64,000 bases of DNA from positions 512,001 to 576,000 of the forward strand of contig OY760937.1 of the NCBI GenBank assembly GCA_963664225.1, read 5' to 3'. Source of the stretch: Verrucomicrobiia bacterium. Its GTDB lineage: Bacteria; Verrucomicrobiota; Verrucomicrobiia; Limisphaerales; UBA1319. Shown piece after piece: positions 37,842-47,256 of the stretch (position 1 is the stretch's first letter; every line of letters begins with the position of its first letter). The notes under the pieces were generated by a model. That model was not told the DNA's origin and did no database searches. It was given only the letters and a program-made list of their open reading frames with translations. A program made the position numbers and the translations under genes.

Positions 37842-38966
37842 ATGAGTAAAACGACAATGGTTGTACCCGAGTATGGTTCGGGCTTCCTGGAAATTTCAGA
37901 TAAAGGCTTTGGGTTTCTTCGCTCTGCGGAAAGCCATTTTCAACCCAAGCCCACGGATATTTTTGTAACGCCTGATACCATCAAGCGAAGCTTCCTTCGC
38001 GAAGGCTGCCTGATTGCCGGGGCTCTGCAGCCCCCTCATCGTGGAACCAGCCCTCAGCTCAAGGAAGTGGATAAGGTCAATAATCTGCCTTTCTCCTCCT
38101 ACACGAAAGCTTTGCGGTTTGAAAATTTGACCACAATCGATCCCATTGAGAAGTATAATCTGGAGACGACGTCCGATCAGATTGAAACCCGCATCATTGA
38201 CCTCGTCACCCCGATTGGCAAAGGCACACGCGGATTGATTGTCGCGCCACCGAGAACCGGCAAGACGACGATTCTCAAGCAGATTGCCAACGCCATTACG
38301 ACCAATCATCCCGAGGTGTTCGTCATGGTGCTGCTCATCGACGAGCGACCGGAGGAAGTGACTGATTTTCAGCGTTCAGTGAAGGCGGAAGTGGTCGCTT
38401 CGTCCAACGATCAAGATCTCGAAACGCATGTCCGGTTGTCCCGGTTCATGATCGAGCGCTGCCGGCGCATGGTCGAGTCAGGTCAGGATGTGTTCGTACT
38501 GCTGGACTCGCTGACCCGTGTGGCCCGTGCCTATAACAGCGTGCATGGCGGCAGCGGACGCACCATGACTGGCGGCGTGGATGCCCGCGCATTGGAAATT
38601 CCCCGCAAGATGTTTGCTTCCGCCCGCAAGATCGAAGGCGGTGGTTCCCTCACAATTCTGGCGACCGCGCTGGTTGAAACGGGATCCCGCATGGACGAGC
38701 TGATCTTTCAGGAATTCAAGGGCACTGGTAACATGGAATTGATTCTGGATCGCAAGCTCTCGGATCGCCGTTTATTCCCGGCCATTGACATTCCCCGCAG
38801 CGGCACCCGCAAGGAGGAAAAACTTTTCCCCGCCCGGCACATCGAGGCGGTGCGCAAGTTGCGCCGCATGATGGTCGATCTCAATCCGATCGAGGCAATG
38901 GAAACATTGATTGGCGCCTTGAAAAAGCACAAAACCAACGAGGAATTGCTCGCCAAGTTGCTATAA
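37842..38966 (+). CDS. rho: Transcription termination factor Rho (short form, no N-terminal helical domain)
   Basis: GFLEI..KGFGFLR, PIGKGTRGLIVAPPRTGKT, LIDERPEEVTD, LLDSLTR, EFKGTGNMEL, SGTRKEE. Start 37842 or 37818. Confidence 0.95.
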   Translation: MSKTTMVVPEYGSGFLEISDKGFGFLRSAESHFQPKPTDIFVTPDTIKRSFLREGCLIAGALQPPHRGTSPQLKEVDKVNNLPFSSYTKALRFENLTTIDPIEKYNLETTSDQIETRIIDLVTPIGKGTRGLIVAPPRTGKTTILKQIANAITTNHPEVFVMVLLIDERPEEVTDFQRSVKAEVVASSNDQDLETHVRLSRFMIERCRRMVESGQDVFVLLDSLTRVARAYNSVHGGSGRTMTGGVDARALEIPRKMFASARKIEGGGSLTILATALVETGSRMDELIFQEFKGTGNMELILDRKLSDRRLFPAIDIPRSGTRKEEKLFPARHIEAVRKLRRMMVDLNPIEAMETLIGALKKHKTNEELLAKLL

Positions 38967-39041
38967 GCTTTTGGGCGGTAATTTGGTCGCCCGCATCATG
39001 TTGTCTGCGGTTGTCATTTTCAACGCGCCGTTTTTTCAAAA

Positions 39042-40046
39042 GTGAAATCACGGCGCGTTGCTTCATCCAAGGAGAAGTTTTCCCGTCCGCCACTGGAGCG
39101 GATGCTTAAGATTCATCGGGCGATTCAGTCCGGGACCTATCCCAACGCGACAAAGTTGGCGCGCGAAATGGAGGTCAGTACCAAATCCATTCATCGGGAT
39201 CTGGAATTCATGCGCGACCGTCTGGAATTGCCTCTGGAGTATGACGGCGCCAGGTTCGGATATTATTACACCCAGGAAGTCACCTCCTTTCCCTCTCTCC
39301 AAATCACGGAAGGGGAGCTCTTCGCCTTGATGGTTGCCGAAAAGGCATTGCAGCAATACCGGGGAACGCATTTTGAAAAACCTTTGTTTAGCGCGTTTCA
39401 AAAAATGGCCAAAGCGCTCCCGGACGCCATCTCCGTGAACCTTGCAGAATGGGACCATTCCATCTCATTTCGCACAAGCGCCGAGCCGATCCTCAACCTT
39501 GAAATATTCAACACCCTTTCCCGCGCCACGACCCGTCGCCAGCAATTAAAACTGGAGTATCGAAAACCCGGTTCCAAACTGTCCGAGACCCGCCTGGTCG
39601 ATCCCTGCCATCTGGCCAATATCAATGGAGATTGGTTCTTATTTGCCTACTGTCATCTGCGTCAGGATATCCGCACATTTGTTCCCGCGCGTATTCTTCA
39701 TGCTGAAATGACAAATAAGACGTTTGACCGGCCCCGCCATTTTTCACTGGCGAAACGGTTGCGGGACAGCTTCGGTGTTCATTCCGGTCATGGCGAGTAT
39801 CAGGTTGTCATTGCCTTCAACGAATTGGTGGCGGATTACATTCGCGAAAAGAAATGGCATCCCTCGCAGAAATTGCGCGAGCTGCCTGATGGCGGCCTGG
39901 AATTGACACTGACTCTCTCGAGCCTGGTGGAGATTCAGCGATGGGTGCTGGGCTGGGGTGGCAACGCCGTGGTCAAGGCCCCCGCTGAATTGGCCGCCTC
40001 CATTAAAGAGGCGGCCCGCAAGATTTTGGAGTATACAACGGGTTAA
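39042..40046 (+). CDS. HTH-WYL-WCX transcriptional regulator (YafY/PafBC/DriD-like)
   Basis: HTH LAREMEVSTKSIHRDLEFMR; WYL-equivalent DWFLFAYCHLRQDIRTF..ARI; WCX WVLGWG..VVKAPAEL. Confidence 0.92.
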   Translation: MKSRRVASSKEKFSRPPLERMLKIHRAIQSGTYPNATKLAREMEVSTKSIHRDLEFMRDRLELPLEYDGARFGYYYTQEVTSFPSLQITEGELFALMVAEKALQQYRGTHFEKPLFSAFQKMAKALPDAISVNLAEWDHSISFRTSAEPILNLEIFNTLSRATTRRQQLKLEYRKPGSKLSETRLVDPCHLANINGDWFLFAYCHLRQDIRTFVPARILHAEMTNKTFDRPRHFSLAKRLRDSFGVHSGHGEYQVVIAFNELVADYIREKKWHPSQKLRELPDGGLELTLTLSSLVEIQRWVLGWGGNAVVKAPAELAASIKEAARKILEYTTG

Positions 40047-42160
40047 CGATCGCTATTTCGGAGCGATTTTCGGACGCCAACCTCGCTCATATCAATCTGC
40101 TTAAAACCCATTTTCAGTACGGGCGAATTGGGACGCAGACGAAAGTCGTTCATGGCGGGGTTCACAAATAATGGATCCGCAATGATCGAATCTTTATCAA
40201 AGCCGCGCTTGCGCCAGTCCTCGAAACTGGCACCCGCGAATTTGATTTCCTGGGCGCCCGGGCGCGCGTCGAAATAGAGGTTGTGATCGATCTTGAAGTT
40301 TTCTCCAGTCCAATTGCTCCCCAGCAGATCGCCGGAATCGAAATAGACGATGTTATTGGTGAGCACAAAGGAGTTGTGGCTTTCCGCGCGGGTGCGCATC
40401 AACTGATGCTCCTTGCCCAAGGCAAAGATATTGTTTCGGACGATGTTGTCCTTGCCATAATGTTGATGAAATCCCGCGCTTTTGGTGCGATAGACAATAT
40501 TGTTTTCGATCAGGATCCCGGTGCTGCCTTCGTCAGGGTAAATGCCCCAGCCTCCGTAGGTGAACGCGCTGACATCATGGATCAAATTATTCCTCAGAAT
40601 CGTTCCCTTTTGCGGACCAAGGGTGTAAATGGATCCCATGTCGCTGAGCAGGTTTTTGCCAATATCGTGCAGGTGATTGAACTCGATAATGTTATCATGG
40701 CAAACCGTTTCCGTGTAACCCCAGGTCCAACCCACGGATATCGCCGTATAGTAAAGATCGTGGATGTGGTTGTGGGCAATCAAATTGTAGCCGCTTTGAA
40801 AAACCACGACACCGATCGCTGGTTTGAATACTTCGCCAAGGTGATGAATGTGATTGTCTGTGATCACATTGTGATTGTTTGCATCTCCGGTTTTTCCGCT
40901 ATCGCCCGGTTCGCCGATCCGAACGCCACCCGCTCCGATGTCAGAGATTTCATTGAAATCCACCTTGATTCGCTGGCAGCCATGGCCCAGCTCGATAGCG
41001 TAACCGGCCAGGTGTTTGAACTGGCACCGGGTGATACGGCAATCGACGGCATATTGCGCGACAAAATCTCCGTGAACGGCAAATGCCGCCTGCGTGTCCG
41101 CATATCCATTCTCCGGGAGCGTCCAATCCGTGTGCGCGAAGCACAGGCCGTCGAATATCACATCATGAACGGGACGATCACCCTTGGTGTCACCTTCCAG
41201 GCGAATCAATTTGGTTGCAGTGGGTGCAATGACTTCAGCTCGGGTCATGTTCTGGCCGGGTTTGGCCCAATACGTCAGCACGCCTGTTTTTCGGTCCAAA
41301 TACCATTCGCCGGGCATATCGAGCGCATCCGGGGCGTTTTCAATATAATACTGGGCGTTGCTTTCCTTGTTCGATTCACGGGGATCCCCTGAGAGCGTGG
41401 CTACATGGTTGGTCTCATCCACATTTCGGATCTGCATGCGCACATCCCCCCAGGCCAGATAAGCCACCACTTCCACGTCACCGTCGTCCGCCCATTCTTT
41501 TTTAATGTCGCCGGGCTTATAATGAATTTTTATGGGATGGTCCTGAGGGCTGTCTCCCTGGATGCGCAAGTAACCTGCATTTGGCGTGCGGGCACGGATT
41601 GCGCGTTGACCGTTTACAAACAGTTGATGGAAATACCAGGAACCATTCCGAACGGCCGGAATTTCCACCGCCCACAGGCCGGGTTGGCCGGGAACCGGTT
41701 TCCAACCGGAGATGATTTGTCCGGCGCTTAACACGGGGACTTCATCCTTGTAAGCGGCAATGCGCAAAGGTTGTTTTGCGCTCACACCCGAATCCTCCGG
41801 CGTTAATACCACGGGTTCCTCCAGGGGATAGAATCCTCCGCGCATCAGGATTTGGATCGGCCCTGTGACTTGTGATCCATCTGGACCGGCGCGCAACTGG
41901 CGGACCGTTTTTAATGCGCCCTGAAGCGTTGCCTTTGGGCCATCGTTTTCATCTCCCGAAGCCGTGGCGATATTGCCCGACCAGGTGTCATCTCCATCCG
42001 GGGCAACATACAAGGTGATGTCTTTGGCGCTGGCGTTCAACGCGCTCATGACCATGAGGATGGCTGCAGCCTTGAAAAACGGGCGGAATGCGGCGCGCCG
42101 CAATGTCGGAATCAGGGTGGAAACATGCATATTAAGGTTCGACGTGGATTTGCGCTTCAT
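40043..42160 (-). CDS. Exported right-handed parallel beta-helix protein (GH141-like carbohydrate-active enzyme)
   Basis: Signal peptide; YVAPDGDD, QLFVNG...RARTPN, LDMPGEWY, repeated N.IH strands, DMGSIYT, GIYPDEGS. Confidence 0.8.
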   Translation of the reverse strand: MKRKSTSNLNMHVSTLIPTLRRAAFRPFFKAAAILMVMSALNASAKDITLYVAPDGDDTWSGNIATASGDENDGPKATLQGALKTVRQLRAGPDGSQVTGPIQILMRGGFYPLEEPVVLTPEDSGVSAKQPLRIAAYKDEVPVLSAGQIISGWKPVPGQPGLWAVEIPAVRNGSWYFHQLFVNGQRAIRARTPNAGYLRIQGDSPQDHPIKIHYKPGDIKKEWADDGDVEVVAYLAWGDVRMQIRNVDETNHVATLSGDPRESNKESNAQYYIENAPDALDMPGEWYLDRKTGVLTYWAKPGQNMTRAEVIAPTATKLIRLEGDTKGDRPVHDVIFDGLCFAHTDWTLPENGYADTQAAFAVHGDFVAQYAVDCRITRCQFKHLAGYAIELGHGCQRIKVDFNEISDIGAGGVRIGEPGDSGKTGDANNHNVITDNHIHHLGEVFKPAIGVVVFQSGYNLIAHNHIHDLYYTAISVGWTWGYTETVCHDNIIEFNHLHDIGKNLLSDMGSIYTLGPQKGTILRNNLIHDVSAFTYGGWGIYPDEGSTGILIENNIVYRTKSAGFHQHYGKDNIVRNNIFALGKEHQLMRTRAESHNSFVLTNNIVYFDSGDLLGSNWTGENFKIDHNLYFDARPGAQEIKFAGASFEDWRKRGFDKDSIIADPLFVNPAMNDFRLRPNSPVLKMGFKQIDMSEVGVRKSLRNSDR

Positions 42161-42235
42161 GATTCAAATTAGGTCTTCATAAGATCAGCATTATGGCTTG
42201 CCTGCAAATGTTTTTTGTGGTATGTATTCCGTACA

Positions 42236-43267
42236 ATGAAGGCCTTTCAACTACTCGCACATGGTGTCCCCGGAAAATACGCGTTAGTCGATGTGCCAGA
42301 CGTCCATCCGGGACCGGCTGAAGCGCTGATTCGGGTTCGGGCCTGCGGATTGAATCGTTTGGATTTGTGGCTTGAGGCGGGCGAGTTACCGATTCCCGTG
42401 ACACTGCCTCGCACCCCTGGCTGTGAGATTGCCGGCGAGATCATCGAGCTGGGGGATGACGTGGATGAATGGGCTCTGGGGGCGGCTGTGGCGGTGCAGT
42501 CCAATCTCTTCTGCGGAGATTGCGAGTTTTGCCGGCGCGGTGAGGAATCGCTCTGCCTGAACGGGCGGATTCTGGGTATCGAATGCGACGGCGGGTTTGC
42601 CGAAAAAGTTGTGGTGCCGTGGCAGGCATTGGTGTCCATCCCCAAGGGGGTGGGATTTGAGGCTGCGGCCGCCGTGACCCTTGCGGGCAGCACCGCCATG
42701 CACATGCTCACGGATCGGGGAGACGTCCGTCAGGGGGATTGGGTGTTGGTCATGGCCGGCGCCAGCGGCGTGGGCAGCGCGGCCATTCAAATTGCCAGAA
42801 CACTCGGCGCACGGGTTATCACCACCGGTTCGACGCAGGAAAAACGGGATTTTGCCATGAAAATGGGCGCTGAATTCGTCGTGGACACCGCGCAAGCCAA
42901 CTGGACTGCCGCCGTGAGAAAGCACACCGAAAAACACGGTGTGGATTGGGTGGTGGAGCATATCGGCGGGGCTGTTTTGGAGCAGGTTTTTGGTTGTGTG
43001 GCGCGCGATGGTTCCGTGATCACTTGCGGGGCCACGGCGGGCAAGGACGTATCCCTCCATTTGTGGCCTTTCTTTGTCAAACAGCAACGCCTGATTGGCA
43101 GTTACGGCCGCAACCGCACCGATCTGGTGGCGACACTCGATTGGGTGGCCCAAGGAAAGCTCAAGCCGGTGATCGATCGGATTCTGCCTTTGGCTGAGGC
43201 TCCGGCGGCATTGGCCGCTTTGCGCAATCGCGAGGTGAAGGGAAAGGTGCTTTTAGCCATGGCTTGA
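42236..43267 (+). CDS. Zn-binding medium-chain dehydrogenase/reductase
   Basis: GroES-like N-domain, structural Zn CGDCEFC...C, Rossmann GASGVG. Confidence 0.88.
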   Translation: MKAFQLLAHGVPGKYALVDVPDVHPGPAEALIRVRACGLNRLDLWLEAGELPIPVTLPRTPGCEIAGEIIELGDDVDEWALGAAVAVQSNLFCGDCEFCRRGEESLCLNGRILGIECDGGFAEKVVVPWQALVSIPKGVGFEAAAAVTLAGSTAMHMLTDRGDVRQGDWVLVMAGASGVGSAAIQIARTLGARVITTGSTQEKRDFAMKMGAEFVVDTAQANWTAAVRKHTEKHGVDWVVEHIGGAVLEQVFGCVARDGSVITCGATAGKDVSLHLWPFFVKQQRLIGSYGRNRTDLVATLDWVAQGKLKPVIDRILPLAEAPAALAALRNREVKGKVLLAMA

Positions 43268-43465
43268 TAAATCGACCGGCGGAATGGCGAATTAACTTGC
43301 AAACCGCAGTCATATCTTTCGGAATGAGAGCGATCCTTGTGGCCGCTTCAAGTGCTGGCCGGCCTGGCTGCCGGGAGTCTAAAGATGAATCGGCAAGGAT
43401 TTGATGATGGAATGGATTCCGGGTTCCAAAGCAGCCCGGCGGACGTTTGGAAAATTTATAAAGCG

Positions 43466-43711
43466 ATGAAGCGTAAGGTTTTAGTTATATTATCAAATCG
43501 ACTGAATCGGAATCAAAAAGTTCGGTTTATGGAAATCGATTGCGACGATGAGGGCAATATCGAGACGGAGACCGCATTGAAAAGCGAGCCTCGCACGGCT
43601 TGTTACGATGAAGTATGGGAAAACGACGACGGCAAGACCTCGGTTTCATCATGCAACCGGTTCAAGCGCAAATACCGTCATGCTTTGGAGAAACCCAAGG
43701 CCAAGGTCTGA
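43466..43711 (+). CDS. Small hypothetical protein, 81 aa
   Basis: ATG 43466 MKRKVLVILSNR...YDEVWENDDGKT...; charged, protein-like composition filling an intergenic gap. Confidence 0.6.
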   Translation: MKRKVLVILSNRLNRNQKVRFMEIDCDDEGNIETETALKSEPRTACYDEVWENDDGKTSVSSCNRFKRKYRHALEKPKAKV

Positions 43712-43733
43712 CAAACTCGTGCGCCCGTCGGCA

Positions 43734-43771
43734 TGGGTTGACTTGGGTTGACTTGGGTTGACTTGGGTTGA
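43734..43771. repeat. 10-bp tandem repeat (ACTTGGGTTG)x~3.8
   Basis: tgggttg acttgggttg acttgggttg acttgggttg a. Confidence 0.92.
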
Positions 43772-43885
43772 TCGCTTGTAAGTTTATTAATTTGGGTCAA
43801 GCCCAACGGCTTGGACCCCGTGGAACGACAATTTATGCGCAAGCCGCATGCATTCTGAACTGGATGCGCGGCCTTTGTGAGACTT

Positions 43886-44914
43886 ATGAGTGCTGACACT
43901 TCCATTAACGTTGGGCCGCGAATTTTAACCACTACTGTAGGGTCATACCCACTGCCGGAATGGCTGATGTTTTCCCGCAGCGAGGAAGCAAGGCTGGATG
44001 CCACGAGAGTCGTATTCGATACGCAAAGACAGGCGGGAATCGATTTGCCCACGGATGGCGAGCTTTACCGATTTGAGCTAAACCATCCCGAAAGCAACGG
44101 AATGATCGATTATTTCGTTGGGAAGATGGCCGGGATGAGCCAGTCGATCGGGCGCAGGGATTGGGAGCAATTTTCGGGGCAGTCCTTAATGCAATGGCGT
44201 CGCAAGCCCGCCGCCGTGGTGGATGGCCCGCTTGGCGAAGGGGGGCTTAATTTGATGTCGGACTGCGCGCGCGCCGCTTCTGTTTCCGGCGGACCATTTA
44301 AGTTCACAGTCACCAGCCCCTACATGCTGGCTCGAACCCTGGTCGATCACCATTACAGGAATTACGAGGATTTGACGATGGCCGTGGCCGACGTTCTGGC
44401 CGATCAAGTCGTCGGGCTGCCTTGTGCTTGCGTCCAGATCGACGAAGCCAACATCACCGGCACACCCTGTTCAGGGCCTCTTGGTGCCAAGGCAATCAAC
44501 CGGGTTTTGGACCGGATATCCTGCGAACGCGCGGTTCACCTGTGTTTTGGCAATTACGCGGGCCAAACCATTCAGAAAGGCCATTGGAGGCTCCTCATCG
44601 ATTTTATCAACGCACTGAATACGCATCATGTGATTTTGGAGCTTGCGAATCGACCCGCCGAAGATCTCGATGCATTGACGGCCATTGATCCCAGAATTCG
44701 GATTGGTGTCGGCGTCGTGGATGTGAAAGTCAACCGCATTGAAACCGCAGATGATGTGGCCCGACAGATTGAAAAAGCGGATAAAAAACTTGGAGAGGGC
44801 CGTCTGCGCTGGGTTCATCCGGACTGCGGATTTTGGATGCTCAGACGTCCGGTTGTGGATAGGAAAATCGAGGCGCTGGTTCTGGGCCGCAACAAGTATC
44901 TTGGGATTCTATAA
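43886..44914 (+). CDS. Cobalamin-independent methionine synthase II (MetE C-terminal 'core') family protein
   Basis: TTTVGSYP, DLPTDGE, VQIDEA, Zn ligands HLCFGN / LE / HPDCG. Confidence 0.87.
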   Translation: MSADTSINVGPRILTTTVGSYPLPEWLMFSRSEEARLDATRVVFDTQRQAGIDLPTDGELYRFELNHPESNGMIDYFVGKMAGMSQSIGRRDWEQFSGQSLMQWRRKPAAVVDGPLGEGGLNLMSDCARAASVSGGPFKFTVTSPYMLARTLVDHHYRNYEDLTMAVADVLADQVVGLPCACVQIDEANITGTPCSGPLGAKAINRVLDRISCERAVHLCFGNYAGQTIQKGHWRLLIDFINALNTHHVILELANRPAEDLDALTAIDPRIRIGVGVVDVKVNRIETADDVARQIEKADKKLGEGRLRWVHPDCGFWMLRRPVVDRKIEALVLGRNKYLGIL

Positions 44915-45114
44915 CCCTTCTGGAGCTGGCCATAAGAATATTGCGATTTTGTACAGAACATTGCGCATCGGAATGCCAGGCCCTTGCTGCGTCTCTCGTG
45001 TGCTTCGAGGCGGGCCCCCTGCATTAGGAGCAAACCGCTCCTCGTTTAAACGGATCCAAGAAAAACGGCTGGCTTTCGGCTGACGGATTTCATTTCGTAT
45101 TCCGCACAAACTTC

Positions 45115-46377
45115 ATGCATGTGATTCTTGTTACAATTGGCACGGATGGCGATGTCTTCCCATTCATCGGGTTGGGGGCCGTGCTGAAAGCACGGGGACA
45201 CCAGGCCACTTTGGTGGCCAGTGCGCATTATGAACCCCTGGCACGCATGCACGGACTGGCATTTCGCGCCCTGGTCTCAGAGCGGGAAAACTTCGAATTA
45301 TTCGACCATCCGGATTTCTGGAATCCCATCAAGACAGCACCGCTGGCGGCTCGCTGGGGTGTGCGCTTCCTTCGACGCCAGTATGACTTGCTCTCGCAAT
45401 TAGTGACCGATGACAGTGTGCTGGTCTCCAGCCCGGGGGTGTTCGCATCGGCCATGGTACACGAAAAATCGGGTGCGCCTCTGGCCAGTCTCATTCTGCA
45501 ACCAGGGTTGATTCCCAGTTCCATCGCGCCGCCAATCATGCCTTGTTTTGCATGGTTACGTCACGCGCCGCGCCCTGCATGGAAGGTGTTTTGGCGGGCA
45601 TTGGATGTGCTTGGCGACGTTCTTGTGGGGCGGGAACTCAATCCTCTACGCGTTGAGCTTGGGCTAAAACCTGTTCGGCGCCTCTTTCAAAACTGGCTTT
45701 CGCCCCAACTGGTTCTTGGACTCTTTCCAGAATGGTATGGTCCCCCGCAAATCGACTGGCCGCGGCAATTGCAACTCACCGGTTTTCCCCTGTTCGATAT
45801 CGGGCAGGGAAGCGATTTAACCCCTGAACTGCGGGCATTTTGCCGGAATGGTAATCCGCCGGTGGCCTTCACATTTGGAACCGGAATGGCGCATCCTGAA
45901 GCATTGTTTCGCGCGGCACTCGAGGCATGCGAGATATGTGGATTGAGGGGAATTTTTCTCACAAAGTATGAGAAAGCGCTGCCTGATCCGCTGCCATCCT
46001 TTATTCATCATACTAATTTTGCCCCGTTTCGCAAACTTTTCCCGCTGTGCGCCGCCGTGCTCCACCATGGGGGCATTGGAACAGTGGCGGAAGCGCTCGC
46101 AAGCGGCACGCCGCAATTGATTCATCCCCTCTGCTTTGACCAGGGCGATAACGCCCTGCGTATTGAGCGGTTGGGTGTTGGAGCGTCGGTCAAGTCCAGA
46201 CGTTTGGACGCACGGCAGATTGCCGATGCACTAAGGAGGCTGATGACACCGGAGACGCGGCTGCGCTGTCGAAACATTGCGGAGCGGTTCACGGATAACC
46301 ACGGGCTTCTTGCTGCGGCGGAGCGTGTGGAAAAATTACAGTCCGGCAATTTGAATCAACCTTATCGGCGTCGATAA
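45115..46377 (+). CDS. GT1/GT28-type glycosyltransferase (RhlB/sterol glucosyltransferase-like)
   Basis: GTDGDVFPF, FTFGTG, HHGGIGT, PLCFDQGDNA. Confidence 0.88.
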   Translation: MHVILVTIGTDGDVFPFIGLGAVLKARGHQATLVASAHYEPLARMHGLAFRALVSERENFELFDHPDFWNPIKTAPLAARWGVRFLRRQYDLLSQLVTDDSVLVSSPGVFASAMVHEKSGAPLASLILQPGLIPSSIAPPIMPCFAWLRHAPRPAWKVFWRALDVLGDVLVGRELNPLRVELGLKPVRRLFQNWLSPQLVLGLFPEWYGPPQIDWPRQLQLTGFPLFDIGQGSDLTPELRAFCRNGNPPVAFTFGTGMAHPEALFRAALEACEICGLRGIFLTKYEKALPDPLPSFIHHTNFAPFRKLFPLCAAVLHHGGIGTVAEALASGTPQLIHPLCFDQGDNALRIERLGVGASVKSRRLDARQIADALRRLMTPETRLRCRNIAERFTDNHGLLAAAERVEKLQSGNLNQPYRRR

Positions 46378-46582
46378 ACGCGTGTCACCAGTACTGGTGA
46401 CTGGCGGGGGACAGGGATTCGGTTATTCTGACACCGTAAGTGATCGGTGCAATTTTGCAGAATTTGTTCACCGTGTGTTTTTAGGGCGCATGTCTGCAGT
46501 GCCCGCATCGATCGACGATTTCCGGCAGCAGGGCTGCTGCCAAAATGTTGAAGTTGTTCTCAGCATTTTTCCTGTGTGTGAG

Positions 46583-46613
46583 AAGCGGTTGGATGAAAGT
46601 CCAACCGCTTTTT
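46583..46613 (+). terminator. Intrinsic terminator
   Basis: AAGCGGTTGGA-TGAAAG-TCCAACCGCTT-TTT (11-bp stem). Confidence 0.75.
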
Positions 46614-46674
46614 GCGTACCCGATTGGCTGCGGGCTTGCCCCGGGCCCGGTCCGGGTTCATATTTCGAGGCGCC

Positions 46675-47232
46675 TTGAAAATTCTAATCGCCATTACCGG
46701 AGCCAGTGGCTCGATGTATGCCCAAAGGCTTCTGGACCAATTGGACACCCGTCAGAATGAGGTGCATGTGGTGACCAGCGGGTATGCCCAGGCGGTGGTG
46801 GCGGAGGAATTGCCAGGGGGACTCCGGATTCCCGAGGGTGCGGTCAGTCACAGCCTCAAGAGCATGAATGTGCCGTTTGTCAGCGGCTCGAATCCTGTGG
46901 ATGTCATGGTGGTTATTCCCTGCACGATGGGGACGATGGGGCGCATTGCGCATGGTTTGAGCGCGGATGTGCTGTTGCGCGCGGCGGATGTGGTTCTCAA
47001 GGAACGCCGCAAATTGATCCTGGTACCGCGTGAGACCCCGTTGAGCCTGGTTCATCTGAAAAACATGGAACTGCTCCTGATGGCAGGCGCGGTGATTCTC
47101 CCGGCGAACCCCTCCTTTTATATGCGTCCTCAAACGGTCGAGGCGGTAGTGGATACAGTGGTTGCCCGGGTGCTGGATCACATGGGATTGAAGCACGGCC
47201 TCGGCACGCGCTGGTGCGAGGAGCAGGAGTAA
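46675..47232 (+). CDS. ubiX: Flavin prenyltransferase UbiX
   Basis: IAITGASG, VSGS, PCTMGT, RAADVVLKERRKLILVPRETPLS, PSFY. TTG start at 46675. Confidence 0.93.
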   Translation: MKILIAITGASGSMYAQRLLDQLDTRQNEVHVVTSGYAQAVVAEELPGGLRIPEGAVSHSLKSMNVPFVSGSNPVDVMVVIPCTMGTMGRIAHGLSADVLLRAADVVLKERRKLILVPRETPLSLVHLKNMELLLMAGAVILPANPSFYMRPQTVEAVVDTVVARVLDHMGLKHGLGTRWCEEQE

Positions 47233-47256
47233 AATTATTGCGGAATTTTCTGAAGC

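Noticed and set aside
43734..43771. Possible CRISPR array
   Set aside because: The 10-bp units are contiguous with no spacers, and no cas genes are present.
43712..43885. Possible cobalamin or SAM riboswitch upstream of the MetE-like gene
   Set aside because: No B12-box or SAM-I core motifs are recognisable.
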